DNA of 63,313 bases, filler included. It is 3 parts of 3 records of this genome, joined end to end, with 100 filler letters (N's around TTAATTAATTAA, not from the genome) between each part and the next. Parts side by side here need not be neighbours in the genome. Positions count along the whole stretch, not along the records: positions 1 to 30,913 come from SRR22947725_8016; 2 more parts are not named here. The stretch is one strand, 5' to 3'. The notes beneath the pieces are model-generated. The model saw nothing but the letters and a program-made list of their open reading frames with translations. It was not told where the DNA came from and ran no database searches. The position numbers were made by a program, and so were the translations under genes. Numbering within the stretch: position 1 is the stretch's first letter; each line of letters starts with the position of its first letter. Shown here piece after piece: positions 10,329 through 20,880 of this stretch.

Positions 10329-12173
10329 ATGTGTGGAATTGTGGGATACGTCGGTCAGCGCTCGAGTTCTGAGGTGCTGATGTCCGGTCTTGCCCGCCTC
10401 GAATACCGCGGATATGACTCTGCCGGGGTGGCCATTGTTTCCGATAGTGGAAGCCTCGTTTCCCACAAAAGAGCGGGAAAGCTCGGTGTTCTCGCAGAAG
10501 ACCTGGTTACCAGCCCACTCGAAAGTGGTTCCACCGGAATTGCGCACACGCGGTGGGCAACGCACGGTGCCCCGACCGACGCCAATGCGCATCCCCACCT
10601 TGCCGACGACGGCAAACTTGCCCTTATTCACAACGGAATTATTGAGAACTTTCACGAACTCAAAGAAGAGTTGGTTGCCTCGGGAGAAACCTTTTCCAGT
10701 GACACCGATTCTGAAGTAGCGGCAGTGTTGCTGGGGATCGCCTATCGCGAGTCGAGGGATCTCACCCAGGCGATGATGAACGTTGTGGGTCGGTTGGAGG
10801 GTGCTTTCACCCTTCTCATCGTTCACGAGGACGCCCCGGGCGTTGTGGTGGGCGCAAGACGCAACTCACCTCTGGTGATCGGTGTGGGTGAGGGCGAGAA
10901 CTTCCTGGGCTCTGATGTTGCTGCTTTTGTTGCCTATACGCGCAAAGCATTGGCGCTGGGGCAAGATCAGATTGTCACCATTACGAAAGAGTCGATTGAT
11001 GTGATGTCGTTTGAGGGAGAGGTTGTTCATCCCCCCGAGTTCACTATCGACTGGGATGCCTCTGCTGCCGATAAGGGCGGTTGGTCAAGTTTCATGGCCA
11101 AGGAGATTTCCGAAGAACCCGAAGCAGTGGCCAACACACTTCGTGGCCGCCTGTCACCAGAGGGCGAAGTAACGATTCCTGAGCTTGATTCTTTGGATGT
11201 CTCACTCATCGACCGGGTGATTTTCATTGCCTGCGGCACCGCTGCGTATGCGGCGATGCTCGGGGCGTATGCGATGGAAAAGTGGTCGGGTATTCCCGTC
11301 ACTGTGGAGCTCTCCCACGAATTCCGTTACCGCGACCCGGTGGTGGGAGCGGGAACCCTGGTGGTGTCGGTCAGCCAGTCTGGTGAAACGATGGACACCT
11401 TGATGGCGGTGCGTTACGCCAACGAATTAGGGGCTCAAACCCTGGCGATCTGCAACACCCAGGGCGCGACGATCCCTCGGGAATCCGACGCAACCCTGTA
11501 CACCCATGCGGGACCCGAGGTGGCGGTCGCCTCCACCAAAGCATTCCTTTCCCAAACCATTGCGGTCTATCTTTTAGGGCTTTATCTTGGAGGGCACCGG
11601 GGGGTCGTATCGGCTGAGTTGGCGGCGCAAACAGCGCAAGATTTGCACAATCTTCCGGATCAAATCCAGGAAATGGTCGATACCGGCCCGAGGATTAAGG
11701 AACTCGCCGGGTGGATGGCGGACACCAGGTCGGTGCTTTATCTGGGCCGCCACGTCGGCTATCCCGTTGCCCTCGAGGGGGCCCTCAAGCTCAAAGAGCT
11801 TGCCTATATTCATGCCGAAGGCTTCGCCGCCGGCGAGCTCAAGCACGGCCCCATCGCCCTGATTGAGCCTGGCCAAATCGTGTTTGTGATGGTGCCAAGC
11901 CCGAGGGATCCCTCCTCCCTGCACAATAAAGTTGTGTCCAACATTCAAGAAATCCGCGCCCGGGGCGCGCGGGTGATCGCCATCGCGGAGAAGGGTGATG
12001 CTGCCGTGTTGCCCTATGCCGACGAAGTTATTGCCATCCCACCAGCCTCACCATTCATGGAGCCGTTGCTATCGGTTGTTCCGCTGCACATTTTTGGAAT
12101 GGAGCTGGCGGCTGCCAAAGGTCTTGATATCGATCAACCCCGTAACCTGGCAAAATCCGTCACGGTGGAGTAG
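10329..12173 (+). CDS. glmS: Glutamine-fructose-6-phosphate transaminase
   Basis: N-terminal MCGIVGY (catalytic Cys), HTRWATHG, C-terminal PRNLAKSVTVE; true start at 10329. Confidence 0.98.
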   Translation: MCGIVGYVGQRSSSEVLMSGLARLEYRGYDSAGVAIVSDSGSLVSHKRAGKLGVLAEDLVTSPLESGSTGIAHTRWATHGAPTDANAHPHLADDGKLALIHNGIIENFHELKEELVASGETFSSDTDSEVAAVLLGIAYRESRDLTQAMMNVVGRLEGAFTLLIVHEDAPGVVVGARRNSPLVIGVGEGENFLGSDVAAFVAYTRKALALGQDQIVTITKESIDVMSFEGEVVHPPEFTIDWDASAADKGGWSSFMAKEISEEPEAVANTLRGRLSPEGEVTIPELDSLDVSLIDRVIFIACGTAAYAAMLGAYAMEKWSGIPVTVELSHEFRYRDPVVGAGTLVVSVSQSGETMDTLMAVRYANELGAQTLAICNTQGATIPRESDATLYTHAGPEVAVASTKAFLSQTIAVYLLGLYLGGHRGVVSAELAAQTAQDLHNLPDQIQEMVDTGPRIKELAGWMADTRSVLYLGRHVGYPVALEGALKLKELAYIHAEGFAAGELKHGPIALIEPGQIVFVMVPSPRDPSSLHNKVVSNIQEIRARGARVIAIAEKGDAAVLPYADEVIAIPPASPFMEPLLSVVPLHIFGMELAAAKGLDIDQPRNLAKSVTVE

Positions 12174-12185
12174 CCGGAGCGCGAC

Positions 12186-12548
12186 ATGGTGGTGGGAGTA
12201 GGGGTCGACATCGTCGACATCGCGCGCTTTGAGCGCGCGTTAGCCAGGACGCCTGCCCTCGCCCATCGACTCTTTGGCGACCGAGCTGATCTTTCTCTCC
12301 CTGGTGCTTCTCTGGCGGCTAGATTTGCTGCGAAAGAGGCAACCCTGAAGGCGCTGGGGGGACATATCGAAGGATTTTCCTGGCACGACATCGATGTTCG
12401 GGGCGCACCCGGAGCGCCACCGAATCTTCACCTTTCTGGTGGGACAAAAGCCAGAGCTGCGGATCGGAAAGTGACGAGTCACCACCTTTCGCTCTCGCAC
12501 GACGCGGGGATGGCGATAGCGTTTGTCGTCATGGAGTCAGCAGCGTGA
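12186..12548 (+). CDS. acpS: Holo-ACP synthase
   Basis: GVGVDIVDIARF, ARFAAKEA, SLSHD. Confidence 0.93.
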   Translation: MVVGVGVDIVDIARFERALARTPALAHRLFGDRADLSLPGASLAARFAAKEATLKALGGHIEGFSWHDIDVRGAPGAPPNLHLSGGTKARAADRKVTSHHLSLSHDAGMAIAFVVMESAA

Positions 12549-13651
12549 GCCAGCACATGCGCGAAGCGCGCATTCGCCCGGCAGCCATTTCCCACAATGT
12601 GGAAGTGCTCAAAGCAATCGCAAAGACGCCACACATGCTCATCGTGGTGAAAGCCAATGGTTACGGTCACGGGGCTGAAACCGCAGCACGGGCAGCCCTC
12701 GAGGGCGGCGCTGACTGGCTGGGGACGGCCGACCTGGATGAAGCCCTGGAGCTTCGTGCGGCGGGGATTACCAGCCCTATTCTTGCGTGGCTCTTTGGGC
12801 CCCAGGATGACCTCGCCGAAGCGTATGAACAGGGTATTGACCTGGGTGTTTCCTCGCGTGCTCAGCTAGAAAGGGTCGCTGCGATGGCCGCGAAAAATGC
12901 GCCTGCTCGTATCCACCTGAAGCTGGATACGGGTTTGGGCCGAAATGGTGTGGATCCGAGCGAGTGGGACGCTTTCTTTTCCGCTGTCCAACAAGCGCAG
13001 AAAGCGGCCCGGGTTCAGGTCATCGGAATTTTCACCCACCTCTCGGGCGCATCCCTGGAGGCAGACGCTGAGCAGGGCAGGGAATTTGATTCTGGGGTGG
13101 CGAGGGCCCATGAATACGGCATCGTGCCAGAAATTCGCCACGTCGCCTCGAGTATTGGAACAAGTGATTCACCCGCTCTCGCTCACGACATGGTGCGGGT
13201 GGGGGCTGCGGCCTATGGCGTTCCGGTCACCGCGAGGTATCGCGAGGCCGGTTTGATTCCGGCGATGAGAGTCAGCGGTCAGGTCATTTTGACCAAGCGG
13301 GTTACTGCAGGGCGAGGGGTGGGATACGGGCACACTTATCGAACCGAGCGGGACACCACGCTGGCGTTGATTCCCTTGGGTTATGCCGATGGGATACCCC
13401 GGCATGGCTCCTCGGCTGGACCAGTGGCCATCAAGGGCGAAAAGTTTGTGGTGTCGGGTCGGGTTTCTATGGACCAACTCAGCGTGGACGTGGGGGATTC
13501 GCCGGTCACCGAAGGCCAGTGGGCGGTGTTGTGGGGGGACCCTGCAGAGGGTGACCCGAGTGCAAATGACTGGGCAGAAGCCAGTGGCACCATCGCGTAT
13601 GAGATTGTCACACGCTTGGGCGCCCGCGTTCCCCGCGTGGTTGCGCCGTGA
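12545..13651 (+). CDS. alr: Alanine racemase
   Basis: VVKANGYGHG, HLKLDTGLGRNG, GYADG, GRVSMDQ. Confidence 0.96.
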   Translation: MSQHMREARIRPAAISHNVEVLKAIAKTPHMLIVVKANGYGHGAETAARAALEGGADWLGTADLDEALELRAAGITSPILAWLFGPQDDLAEAYEQGIDLGVSSRAQLERVAAMAAKNAPARIHLKLDTGLGRNGVDPSEWDAFFSAVQQAQKAARVQVIGIFTHLSGASLEADAEQGREFDSGVARAHEYGIVPEIRHVASSIGTSDSPALAHDMVRVGAAAYGVPVTARYREAGLIPAMRVSGQVILTKRVTAGRGVGYGHTYRTERDTTLALIPLGYADGIPRHGSSAGPVAIKGEKFVVSGRVSMDQLSVDVGDSPVTEGQWAVLWGDPAEGDPSANDWAEASGTIAYEIVTRLGARVPRVVAP

Positions 13652-14154
13652 TCCTCACCATTCCCACGACCGAGGCGATGGAGTCTTTGGGGAGGTCGAT
13701 TGCCTTCGTTGCCCACGCTGGCGATGTATTTATCTTGACCGGTGAATTGGGGGCGGGGAAAACTACTTTTGCCAGGGGTTTTGGCGAAGGTCTCGCGGTG
13801 GAAACACCGGTGTCAAGCCCGACCTTTGTGGTGGCACGCGAACATCCCTCGCGCACACCGCACACCCCACCCCTGGTCCACATCGATGCCTATCGCCTGG
13901 GTTCCGCCGCAGAGTTTGAGGAACTGGATATTGATGTCCCCTCCAGCATCGTGCTTGCCGAATGGTCTGCCCCCTACGCCTCCATCTTGAGCGACACCTG
14001 GCTTGAGCTCGAATTCTACAGGCCATCCGGGGAGGGAGATGATTTTGATACTGATCAACCCCGAACCATCACCCTCACTCCTCACGGCAGTGGCGAGGCT
14101 TTTCTCGCCCGTGTTCGAGGAGCACTAGAGGGGTCACATGTTTCTCTCGATTGA
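13648..14154 (+). CDS. tsaE: t6A biosynthesis ATPase TsaE
   Basis: GELGAGKTT, SSPTF, HIDAYRL. Confidence 0.94.
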   Translation: MILTIPTTEAMESLGRSIAFVAHAGDVFILTGELGAGKTTFARGFGEGLAVETPVSSPTFVVAREHPSRTPHTPPLVHIDAYRLGSAAEFEELDIDVPSSIVLAEWSAPYASILSDTWLELEFYRPSGEGDDFDTDQPRTITLTPHGSGEAFLARVRGALEGSHVSLD

Positions 14155-14728
14155 TTCCTCCGCGGGGACCCAGGTGGCGCTGGTCGATGGTGAGGGAATA
14201 GTCCTTGCCGAGGCCATGAGCGCCGACCCCCGCGGGCACGCAGAAATGATCGGGGTCCTGTTAGAGCAGGTATTCGCGACGGCTCAGGCTGCGCCTTCCG
14301 ATCTCACCAGTGTCGTGATGGGGATAGGGCCCGGTGCCTTTACGGGCCTCCGGGTGGGAATGGCCGCAGCCAGTGCTTTTGCTCTTTCCCGGGGTCTTGC
14401 TCTCCAACCGGTCATTTCTCACGATGCGGTGGGGTATTTCAGTGACCACGACGTTGTGGTGATCTCCGATGCTAGGCGAGGTGAAGTCGCCTACTCGGTG
14501 TATCGGGCAGGAGCCCACTCTCCGCGCGAGGTGGGTCCTGCTCTGGCGAGGCCAGAGCATCTCGATGAAGCTCTGGGGGATGCCAGGCAACTGCCTCGCA
14601 TCACTGCGGAGCAGATTCCCGCAGCGCAGTTAGCCCTGGTGGCTCAGGATTATGTGGCTCGGGGGCTTGAGTTCCCGGATCCTGCGCCGCGCTATCTTCG
14701 CCAACCTGATGTGACACCACCGCAATGA
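14138..14728 (+). CDS. tsaB: t6A biosynthesis protein TsaB
   Basis: GPGAFTGLRVG, DARRGEV; operon context. Confidence 0.93.
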   Translation: MFLSIDSSAGTQVALVDGEGIVLAEAMSADPRGHAEMIGVLLEQVFATAQAAPSDLTSVVMGIGPGAFTGLRVGMAAASAFALSRGLALQPVISHDAVGYFSDHDVVVISDARRGEVAYSVYRAGAHSPREVGPALARPEHLDEALGDARQLPRITAEQIPAAQLALVAQDYVARGLEFPDPAPRYLRQPDVTPPQ

Positions 14729-15210
14729 CCTATGTCTTAAGGCGGGCTGAGCTGGAGGACCTGCCGGAGCTGATCCAGCACGAATCCGAGATTTTTGGAC
14801 ACGATGCGTGGTCACCCGAGTTGATGGTCGCAGAGGTGTCACACCCCATGAGTTACTACCTGGTGGCACGAGCAGAGGGCACCAAAGAGTTCGCCGGATA
14901 CGCCGGGCTTCGCGCTGCTCCCAGCGGCGGAGACGGGGGAGATATTCAAACAATTGCGACCCTTCCCACGCATCGCAGCAGAGGGCTCGGGCGAACTTTG
15001 TTGCGTGCGCTTCTGGAAGAAGCACGCAATCGAGAAGTGCAGGATATCTTTCTGGAAGTTCGCGCCGACAACCCCACCGCTGTGGCGCTCTATGAATCGG
15101 AAGGTTTCGCGGTGATTGATCGACGCGAAGGCTATTACCAGCCCGATGGTGTGGATGCTCTCGTGATGCGTCGGCATGATGAAGGGGCGCAAGGGGGGTG
15201 GGCACGATGA
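14725..15210 (+). CDS. rimI: Ribosomal protein S18 alanine N-acetyltransferase (GNAT)
   Basis: HRSRGLG, LEVRADN..A..LY..GF..R..YY; lies between tsaB and tsaD. Confidence 0.9.
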   Translation: MTYVLRRAELEDLPELIQHESEIFGHDAWSPELMVAEVSHPMSYYLVARAEGTKEFAGYAGLRAAPSGGDGGDIQTIATLPTHRSRGLGRTLLRALLEEARNREVQDIFLEVRADNPTAVALYESEGFAVIDRREGYYQPDGVDALVMRRHDEGAQGGWAR

Positions 15211-16280
15211 CCGAACCATTGGTCTTGGGGATCGAAACAAGTTGCGATGAGACGGGTGTGGGAATTGTTCGGGGAAAAACACTCCTCGCCCATAGTGTGG
15301 CCTCGTCCATGGAAGAACACGCCCGGTATGGCGGTGTGGTGCCCGAGGTGGCTGCCAGAGCCCACGTCGAAGCGTTACCTGCTGTCCTCACCGACGCCCT
15401 GAATAAGGCGGGGGTGACCTTCGCCGACCTTGATGCGATAGCGGTGACCACCGGACCGGGGCTCGCGGGAGCACTCATGGTGGGTGTGGGGGCAGCAAAA
15501 GCGCTTGCCGTCAGTTTGGGGATCCCGCTGTATTCCCTGAACCACCTGGTGGGCCATGTGGGGGTGGAGTGCGTGAATCGCGATCAAGAATTGGCCATGC
15601 CCACCATCGCCCTTTTGGTCTCTGGCGGACATACCTCCCTTCTCTTAGTGCGGGACTTAGCCCGAGATGTTGAACCCTTGGGTGAAACCATTGATGACGC
15701 AGCCGGTGAAGCCTTTGACAAGGTTGCGCGGGTGCTGGGTCTTCCCTACCCCGGCGGGCCTCATATCGATCGTGTGGCGAAAGAGGGCAATCCCAGCGCG
15801 ATTGCTTTTCCCAGGGGGCTGACCAGCCACAAGGATCAAGACCAACATCGCTACAACTTCTCCTTTTCCGGCCTCAAAACCGCGGTGGCGCGCTTCGTTG
15901 AGGCCCGAAAAAACGCGGGCGAAGCATTAAGCGTCCCCGATATCGCTGCTTCTTTTCAAGAAGCGGTTGCTGATGTGTTGATTCAGAAGGCGCTTGCCGC
16001 CTGCGAAGAATATGGAGTTCCCCGTCTTCTCTTGGGCGGTGGGGTTGCCGCTAACTCTCGGGTGCGGGCGCTTGCCCACGAGAGGTGTCGTGCCGCCGGT
16101 GTCGAATTGAGGGTGCCACCACTGGAGCTCTGCACCGATAACGGAGCCATGATGGCGGCGCTGGGGTCGTTGCGAATACAGAGCGGTTTTCCCGCCTCAG
16201 CCATGGGAGCCGGCGTTTTTTCGAGCCTCAGCCCGGCCATCATCCAGGTCATGGATGAGGTCACTAGGGTAGGAAGATGA
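15207..16280 (+). CDS. tsaD: t6A threonylcarbamoyltransferase TsaD
   Basis: [45 protein letters not shown]. Confidence 0.97.
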   Translation: MTEPLVLGIETSCDETGVGIVRGKTLLAHSVASSMEEHARYGGVVPEVAARAHVEALPAVLTDALNKAGVTFADLDAIAVTTGPGLAGALMVGVGAAKALAVSLGIPLYSLNHLVGHVGVECVNRDQELAMPTIALLVSGGHTSLLLVRDLARDVEPLGETIDDAAGEAFDKVARVLGLPYPGGPHIDRVAKEGNPSAIAFPRGLTSHKDQDQHRYNFSFSGLKTAVARFVEARKNAGEALSVPDIAASFQEAVADVLIQKALAACEEYGVPRLLLGGGVAANSRVRALAHERCRAAGVELRVPPLELCTDNGAMMAALGSLRIQSGFPASAMGAGVFSSLSPAIIQVMDEVTRVGR

Positions 16281-16663
16281 GTCGATTAGGCCCTTTGAGC
16301 CCCCGAGAGACTGGTCCGATTACGGAAGTTTCGGTGACAGAGATTTCTGTGGAGACTACGGGCGTAATGCCCGTCCGCAGGCCCGTTAGCGGGGGAACCA
16401 GGCTGTCGAAAGCTGCGCTGGGCACTGCGGTGGCGGCTTTGGTGACAGCTCCGGTGTTTGGCCTGGGCCTGTTCCCTGCGATTGTCGCCATCATTTTGGG
16501 TCACATCGGAAAAAAGGCTTCACCGGCTGGCCGGATGAGATCCACCGTGGCGCTGGCTCTGGGCTATGTCGCTTTGGCAATCAGCACAGCGGTTCTTGTT
16601 TTTATCCTTCTGCCCCTCTCCCTCGCATTCTTGGTGAGTGCGGGATACATCCTCGAGGGCTAG
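16277..16663 (+). CDS. Small membrane protein (DUF4190-like)
   Basis: [11 protein letters not shown]...GR..A..AL.LGY pattern with hydrophobic helices. Confidence 0.6.
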   Translation: MSRLGPLSPRETGPITEVSVTEISVETTGVMPVRRPVSGGTRLSKAALGTAVAALVTAPVFGLGLFPAIVAIILGHIGKKASPAGRMRSTVALALGYVALAISTAVLVFILLPLSLAFLVSAGYILEG

Positions 16664-17838
16664 ACGACCCTCGAGGCAAGAATCGCGACGCGATCACCCT
16701 GATGTCTGGTCAGGATGAGGGTTTTTTCTCCGTGTCCCTTGAGAGTCATTTGGCTGCGGAACTCGTGGGGATCGATATCAATCCCACGTTTCTTGATTTC
16801 CAAAGAACCTAGATGGGCTGAAGCAACCATTGCTTTGACACGTTTGAGGTTGTAGGGCACAACTTCTTCGATCCGAAAACATTGGGCCAGGGGGCTCATG
16901 ACGGGCTGGGAAGTGCTGAAGTAGGCGATAGTTTCATCGAGCATGACACCAGAGTGTGACCGCGCTAGGTCCCCGATCAGGCGGGCTCGAATCACCGCGC
17001 CATCGGGCTCCACCAGGTAGTCCAAGAGTTCACCCGCCGGCGCGTCGGGCGAGTCTGCGCGCGAGGTCATCTCCGCGGACCCCCTGGAAGACACAACCAG
17101 TGCACTGCGGGTGACCCCTTCTCGTTGAAGCGATCCGGACCACACCACCATTTCGGCGACAGAACCCTGGTAGGAGATCCACTGGGCCTCTGCGTCCTCT
17201 GGGATGAGCCCGCGGTCCATCCCGGGTGCAAGTTTGATACCGGAGGGTCGTAAATGCGCTTGGTCAAAAACCCAATTGAGCGCGGGTGACCAATCCATCG
17301 GATCGGTCAGTCGCTGAGATCCTGATCTTCTGGCGGGATCAAACCACAGACCCTCGTAGTTGCTGAGGTCGGTTTCCTCCGCTGTGGAGTGAGTTACCGT
17401 GGCGGTGTCGAAGGGTTGCAGGTTGTAGGCAGCCAGTGCTGCTGTCACAGCATCGGCTTCGACGGCCTGCACGCGCAGGCCAGTGCCGGCGAAGGCAAGC
17501 GAGTCTCCGCCGATGCCGCACCCCAGGTCGGCAACACTTGTGATTCCGACGCTTTCAAAGCGATGGGCATGATGGCTGGATATTGCGAGCCTGGTGGACT
17601 GCTCCAGGCCATCCTTGGAAAAAAGCATGCGTTTGGCAAAGTCGCCAAATTTGTCAGCAGCCTTGAGATGCATGCCCCACTGGCCTACCACTGCCCTGAC
17701 GACCTCTGGGTCATGTCCGGCTTTTCTGAGCCCACTGACTAACGCAGCGCTATCGCTCGAGGGTTGCTCTTGGTGGAGTGTGGCCAAAAGCCTCAAAGAT
17801 TCCGGCCTCAGCAGCGCGTCGAGCTCGCTTCGGTCCAT
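16660..17838 (-). CDS. Class I SAM-dependent methyltransferase with THUMP-like C-terminal domain
   Basis: VADLGCGIGGD, DPARR, EPDGAVIRA, LEIKKRG; typical actinobacterial neighbour of groES. Confidence 0.85.
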   Translation of the reverse strand: MDRSELDALLRPESLRLLATLHQEQPSSDSAALVSGLRKAGHDPEVVRAVVGQWGMHLKAADKFGDFAKRMLFSKDGLEQSTRLAISSHHAHRFESVGITSVADLGCGIGGDSLAFAGTGLRVQAVEADAVTAALAAYNLQPFDTATVTHSTAEETDLSNYEGLWFDPARRSGSQRLTDPMDWSPALNWVFDQAHLRPSGIKLAPGMDRGLIPEDAEAQWISYQGSVAEMVVWSGSLQREGVTRSALVVSSRGSAEMTSRADSPDAPAGELLDYLVEPDGAVIRARLIGDLARSHSGVMLDETIAYFSTSQPVMSPLAQCFRIEEVVPYNLKRVKAMVASAHLGSLEIKKRGIDIDPHEFRSQMTLKGHGEKTLILTRHQGDRVAILASRVV

Positions 17839-17865
17839 GACGTTATTCTGCCAGCTGAGAGATTT

Positions 17866-17892
17866 CTGGCACTCGTATTGCGTGAGTGCTAA
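17866..17892 (+). promoter_or_regulatory. CIRCE (HrcA operator) 1
   Basis: CTGGCACTC-N9-GAGTGCTAA vs consensus TTAGCACTC-N9-GAGTGCTAA. Confidence 0.85.
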
Positions 17893-17911
17893 CTCGTTCG
17901 ATACAGTTGGG

Positions 17912-17938
17912 TTAGCACTCGAAGAGTGAGTGTGCTAA
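17912..17938 (+). promoter_or_regulatory. CIRCE (HrcA operator) 2
   Basis: TTAGCACTC-N9-GTGTGCTAA (one mismatch). Confidence 0.88.
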
Positions 17939-17964
17939 CCCTAAGTCTCAGAAAGAGGTCAACC

Positions 17965-18261
17965 GTGTCGGTCTCCATCAAACCGCTCGAAGATCGCATC
18001 GTGATCAAGCAGCTTGAAGCAGAGCAGACCACTGCTTCTGGTCTAGTTATTCCTGATACTGCTAAAGAAAAGCCCCAGGAAGGCGAAGTTATTGCTGTTG
18101 GACCGGGTCGTTTCGACGACAACGCCAACCGCGTCCCCATGGATGTTTCCGTAGGAGACATCGTTTTGTACTCCAAGTACGGGGGAACCGAAGTGAAGTT
18201 TGGCGCGGACGAGTACCTCGTCCTCTCGGCTCGTGACATCCTCGCGATCGTCGAGCGCTAA
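17965..18261 (+). CDS. groES: Co-chaperonin GroES
   Basis: [41 protein letters not shown] at 17965 follows AGAAAGAGG. Confidence 0.97.
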   Translation: MSVSIKPLEDRIVIKQLEAEQTTASGLVIPDTAKEKPQEGEVIAVGPGRFDDNANRVPMDVSVGDIVLYSKYGGTEVKFGADEYLVLSARDILAIVER

Positions 18262-18276
18262 GCACCTCAGGCAGTA

Positions 18277-18309
18277 ACAAAACCCCCGCACACTGTGCGG
18301 GGGTTTTGT
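18277..18309 (+). terminator. Intrinsic terminator after groES
   Basis: ACAAAACCCCCGCAC-loop-GTGCGGGGGTTTTGT inverted repeat. Confidence 0.85.
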
Positions 18310-18339
18310 GTATCCGGGGGAGTTTTTCGGGTATAGCCT

Positions 18340-19263
18340 GTGTCGGTGGACAACCCCAACAACGGCAGGAACGGCTTCTTAGCAGCGCTCGCTGCTTACG
18401 GCCTCTGGGGTTTGTTACCTGCCTTCTTTGTGGCCCTGGACCCCACTGGTCCCGTCGAAATTCTGGCGTGGCGTATTGCCTTCTCGCTCGTTTTTTGTCT
18501 CGCCATCCTGCTGGTGTTGAAAAGGGTGAGCGTCACTCTGGGGCTTCTGCGAAACCGCAACATTCTCGGCCTTTCCGCGCTTGCTGCGGTGTTGATTCTG
18601 GTGAACTGGTCGGTGTATGTCTATTCGTCTCTCAACGCTTTCATTGTGGAGGCAGCACTGGGATATTTTATCAACCCCCTTGTCACCGTTGGCCTCGGGG
18701 TCATCGTCTTGAAAGAAAAGCTTCGGCCCCTCCAGTGGGCATCGCTGAGCCTTGCCATGATTGCCGTGGTTGTCTTGGCCGTGGGGTATGGATCTGTTCC
18801 CGTCATTTCGTTGACTTTGGCTTTTTCTTTCGGGTTCTACGGCTTTGTCAAGAACCGAATGGGTCCTCGGGTGAAGTCGGTGGATAGCCTCGCTCTGGAG
18901 ACATTGTGGTTAAGCCCTATCGCGATAGCGCTTTTGGTGTGGGTGGCCCTGGGCGAAGGACTGACGCTGGGAACACTGGGCCTGGGTCACACCGCTCTCC
19001 TGCTTTCTGTCGGCGCGGTGACCAGTATCCCGCTGCTGTTCTTCGGTGCTGCTGCCCGGCGTCTCCCCTTATCGATTATGGGGCTGATGCAATACATCGC
19101 GCCGGTGATGCAATTTTCTTTTGGAGTGTTCATTATGGGCGAGCCGATGCCGCCAGAACGGTGGCTGGGCTTTGCTTTGGTGTGGGTGGCGTTGGTGTTC
19201 TTGAGCATTGATGCGCTCACCTCACGACGCAACAGGTTGTCGCGGCCGACAGAAACCCCCTAA
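18340..19263 (+). CDS. rarD: EamA family transporter RarD
   Basis: AY.LWGLLP, EAALGYFINPL, GLMQYIAP. Confidence 0.9.
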   Translation: MSVDNPNNGRNGFLAALAAYGLWGLLPAFFVALDPTGPVEILAWRIAFSLVFCLAILLVLKRVSVTLGLLRNRNILGLSALAAVLILVNWSVYVYSSLNAFIVEAALGYFINPLVTVGLGVIVLKEKLRPLQWASLSLAMIAVVVLAVGYGSVPVISLTLAFSFGFYGFVKNRMGPRVKSVDSLALETLWLSPIAIALLVWVALGEGLTLGTLGLGHTALLLSVGAVTSIPLLFFGAAARRLPLSIMGLMQYIAPVMQFSFGVFIMGEPMPPERWLGFALVWVALVFLSIDALTSRRNRLSRPTETP

Positions 19264-19418
19264 AACGCGCTACCCGCCCGATTCATAGGGCTGAGTCTGT
19301 TACCGGGATGTAATGAAACTGGCTTGTTTTGCAAACATTTTGCGCCTAAATTAGAAAGATGTGGCTGTGTCTCGTGCGCAGTCGCTTTCTTGATAAAAAA
19401 TAAACAAAAAGGAGCATC

Positions 19419-20693
19419 ATGAGCGTATTGACTAAGGCGGGGAGTGGCTTTGCCATTCTTGCTGCCTCAGCGCTAGTGCTCAGCGGCTGTGCAGCCGCTG
19501 AAGAAGAGGCAACGACTACAGAGGAGACTACGTCTGCTGCTGTTGAGTCTTTGACTCTTAAGATCGGTACGGCCCTGCCCGTCACCGGTTCTCTTGCCTT
19601 CCTCGGGCCCCCCGAAGAGGCTGGCGTTGCGTTGGCTGCTGCTGACATTAACGCTGCCAACGCGGGCATCACCGTTGAGGTTGTCGAAGGCGACTCGGGT
19701 GACTTGGACAACAAGGCATACGAGACTGAAATCCCCCGGCTTCTCAATGAAGGCGTAAGCGTCATCATTGGTGCCGCTTCCTCGAGTGTGTCCCTGTCCT
19801 TCATTGACCAGGTCACGAAGGAAGCTGGAGTCTTGATGATTTCTCCCGCAAACACTTCCACCACTCTTGCTGACTATGACGACGACGGACTGTACTGGCG
19901 TACCGCTCCTGCAGACTTCCTGCAGGGTGAGGCACTCGGTCAGCTCCTCGCTGCTGATGGCCACGAGACTGTTGCCTTCCTCACCTTGAATGACGCCTAT
20001 GGCATCACTCTTGAAGAAGAAGCAACCAAGGCATTCGTTGCTGCAGGTGGTACCGTCCTCGGTTCCGCATCTGTCAACACCGGTGACACCAACTTGACCT
20101 CACAGGTCAACGAAGTGGTTTCTCTTGACCCCAGTGCTCTTGTTGTCATCCTCTTTGATGAGACCAAGACTGCTGTTCCTGAGATCATCGCAGCGGGATT
20201 CCCCAACGCCAACATGTACTTCACCGATGGAAACCTCGCGAACTACACCGATGACTTCCCTGCTGGCACCTTGACTGGTTCCAAGGGAACGCTTCCTGGT
20301 CCCACATCGACCAGCATCTCTGATGAGTACAAGGAACGCGCTGACGCATTGTGGAGCTCCATGGGAAACCCATCGCTGATTGAAGGCGACGTCTGGGCAT
20401 ACAGCACTGAGTCTTATGACGCAGTGATCCTTTCTGCCCTTGCTGCCCTTGCTGCCGGTTCGACCGACTCCAAGGACATGGCTGGCAAGCTGCAGGAAGT
20501 CTCCGGAGGTTCCGGTGGCGGAGAACTATGTGGTAGCTTCGCTGACTGTGCTGCCATCATCAACGCTGGTGGAGTTGCCGACTATGACGGCCTCTCCGGA
20601 CCAATCACGTTCGGCGACAACGGTGACCCCACCGAAGCTGCCATTGGTATCTACGTGTACGGTGACGACAACAAATACCTGCCAGTCGATTAA
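19419..20693 (+). CDS. Branched-chain amino acid-type ABC transporter substrate-binding lipoprotein
   Basis: Lipobox LSGC; IGTALPVTG, IIGAASS, RTAPAD..QG. Confidence 0.88.
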   Translation: MSVLTKAGSGFAILAASALVLSGCAAAEEEATTTEETTSAAVESLTLKIGTALPVTGSLAFLGPPEEAGVALAAADINAANAGITVEVVEGDSGDLDNKAYETEIPRLLNEGVSVIIGAASSSVSLSFIDQVTKEAGVLMISPANTSTTLADYDDDGLYWRTAPADFLQGEALGQLLAADGHETVAFLTLNDAYGITLEEEATKAFVAAGGTVLGSASVNTGDTNLTSQVNEVVSLDPSALVVILFDETKTAVPEIIAAGFPNANMYFTDGNLANYTDDFPAGTLTGSKGTLPGPTSTSISDEYKERADALWSSMGNPSLIEGDVWAYSTESYDAVILSALAALAAGSTDSKDMAGKLQEVSGGSGGGELCGSFADCAAIINAGGVADYDGLSGPITFGDNGDPTEAAIGIYVYGDDNKYLPVD

Positions 20694-20720
20694 GACTTGC
20701 AGCTCGCTGACCTAGGTCAG

Positions 20721-20758
20721 ACGCGAAAGGCCCCGGCGTATGCCGGGGCCTTTTGCGT
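20721..20758 (+). terminator. Terminator hairpin between the convergent SBP and livF genes
   Basis: GAAAGGCCCCGGC-GTAT-GCCGGGGCCTTTT. Confidence 0.8.
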
Positions 20759-20880
20759 GGGGGGACCGGTGAATTTCTTCGGGGTTCACTGACCGTGCCT
20801 GGCACCGCCTACCAACGCCGATCCCCGTGAAGATCTCCGCGGTATGACTCTCGGCCGCCTCAGGCGCCCGAGAGGGAGCT

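Noticed and set aside
19299-19319. GlnR-like box GTTAC-N6-GTAAT upstream of the ABC SBP
   Set aside because: Short and degenerate; cannot be distinguished from chance without comparative data
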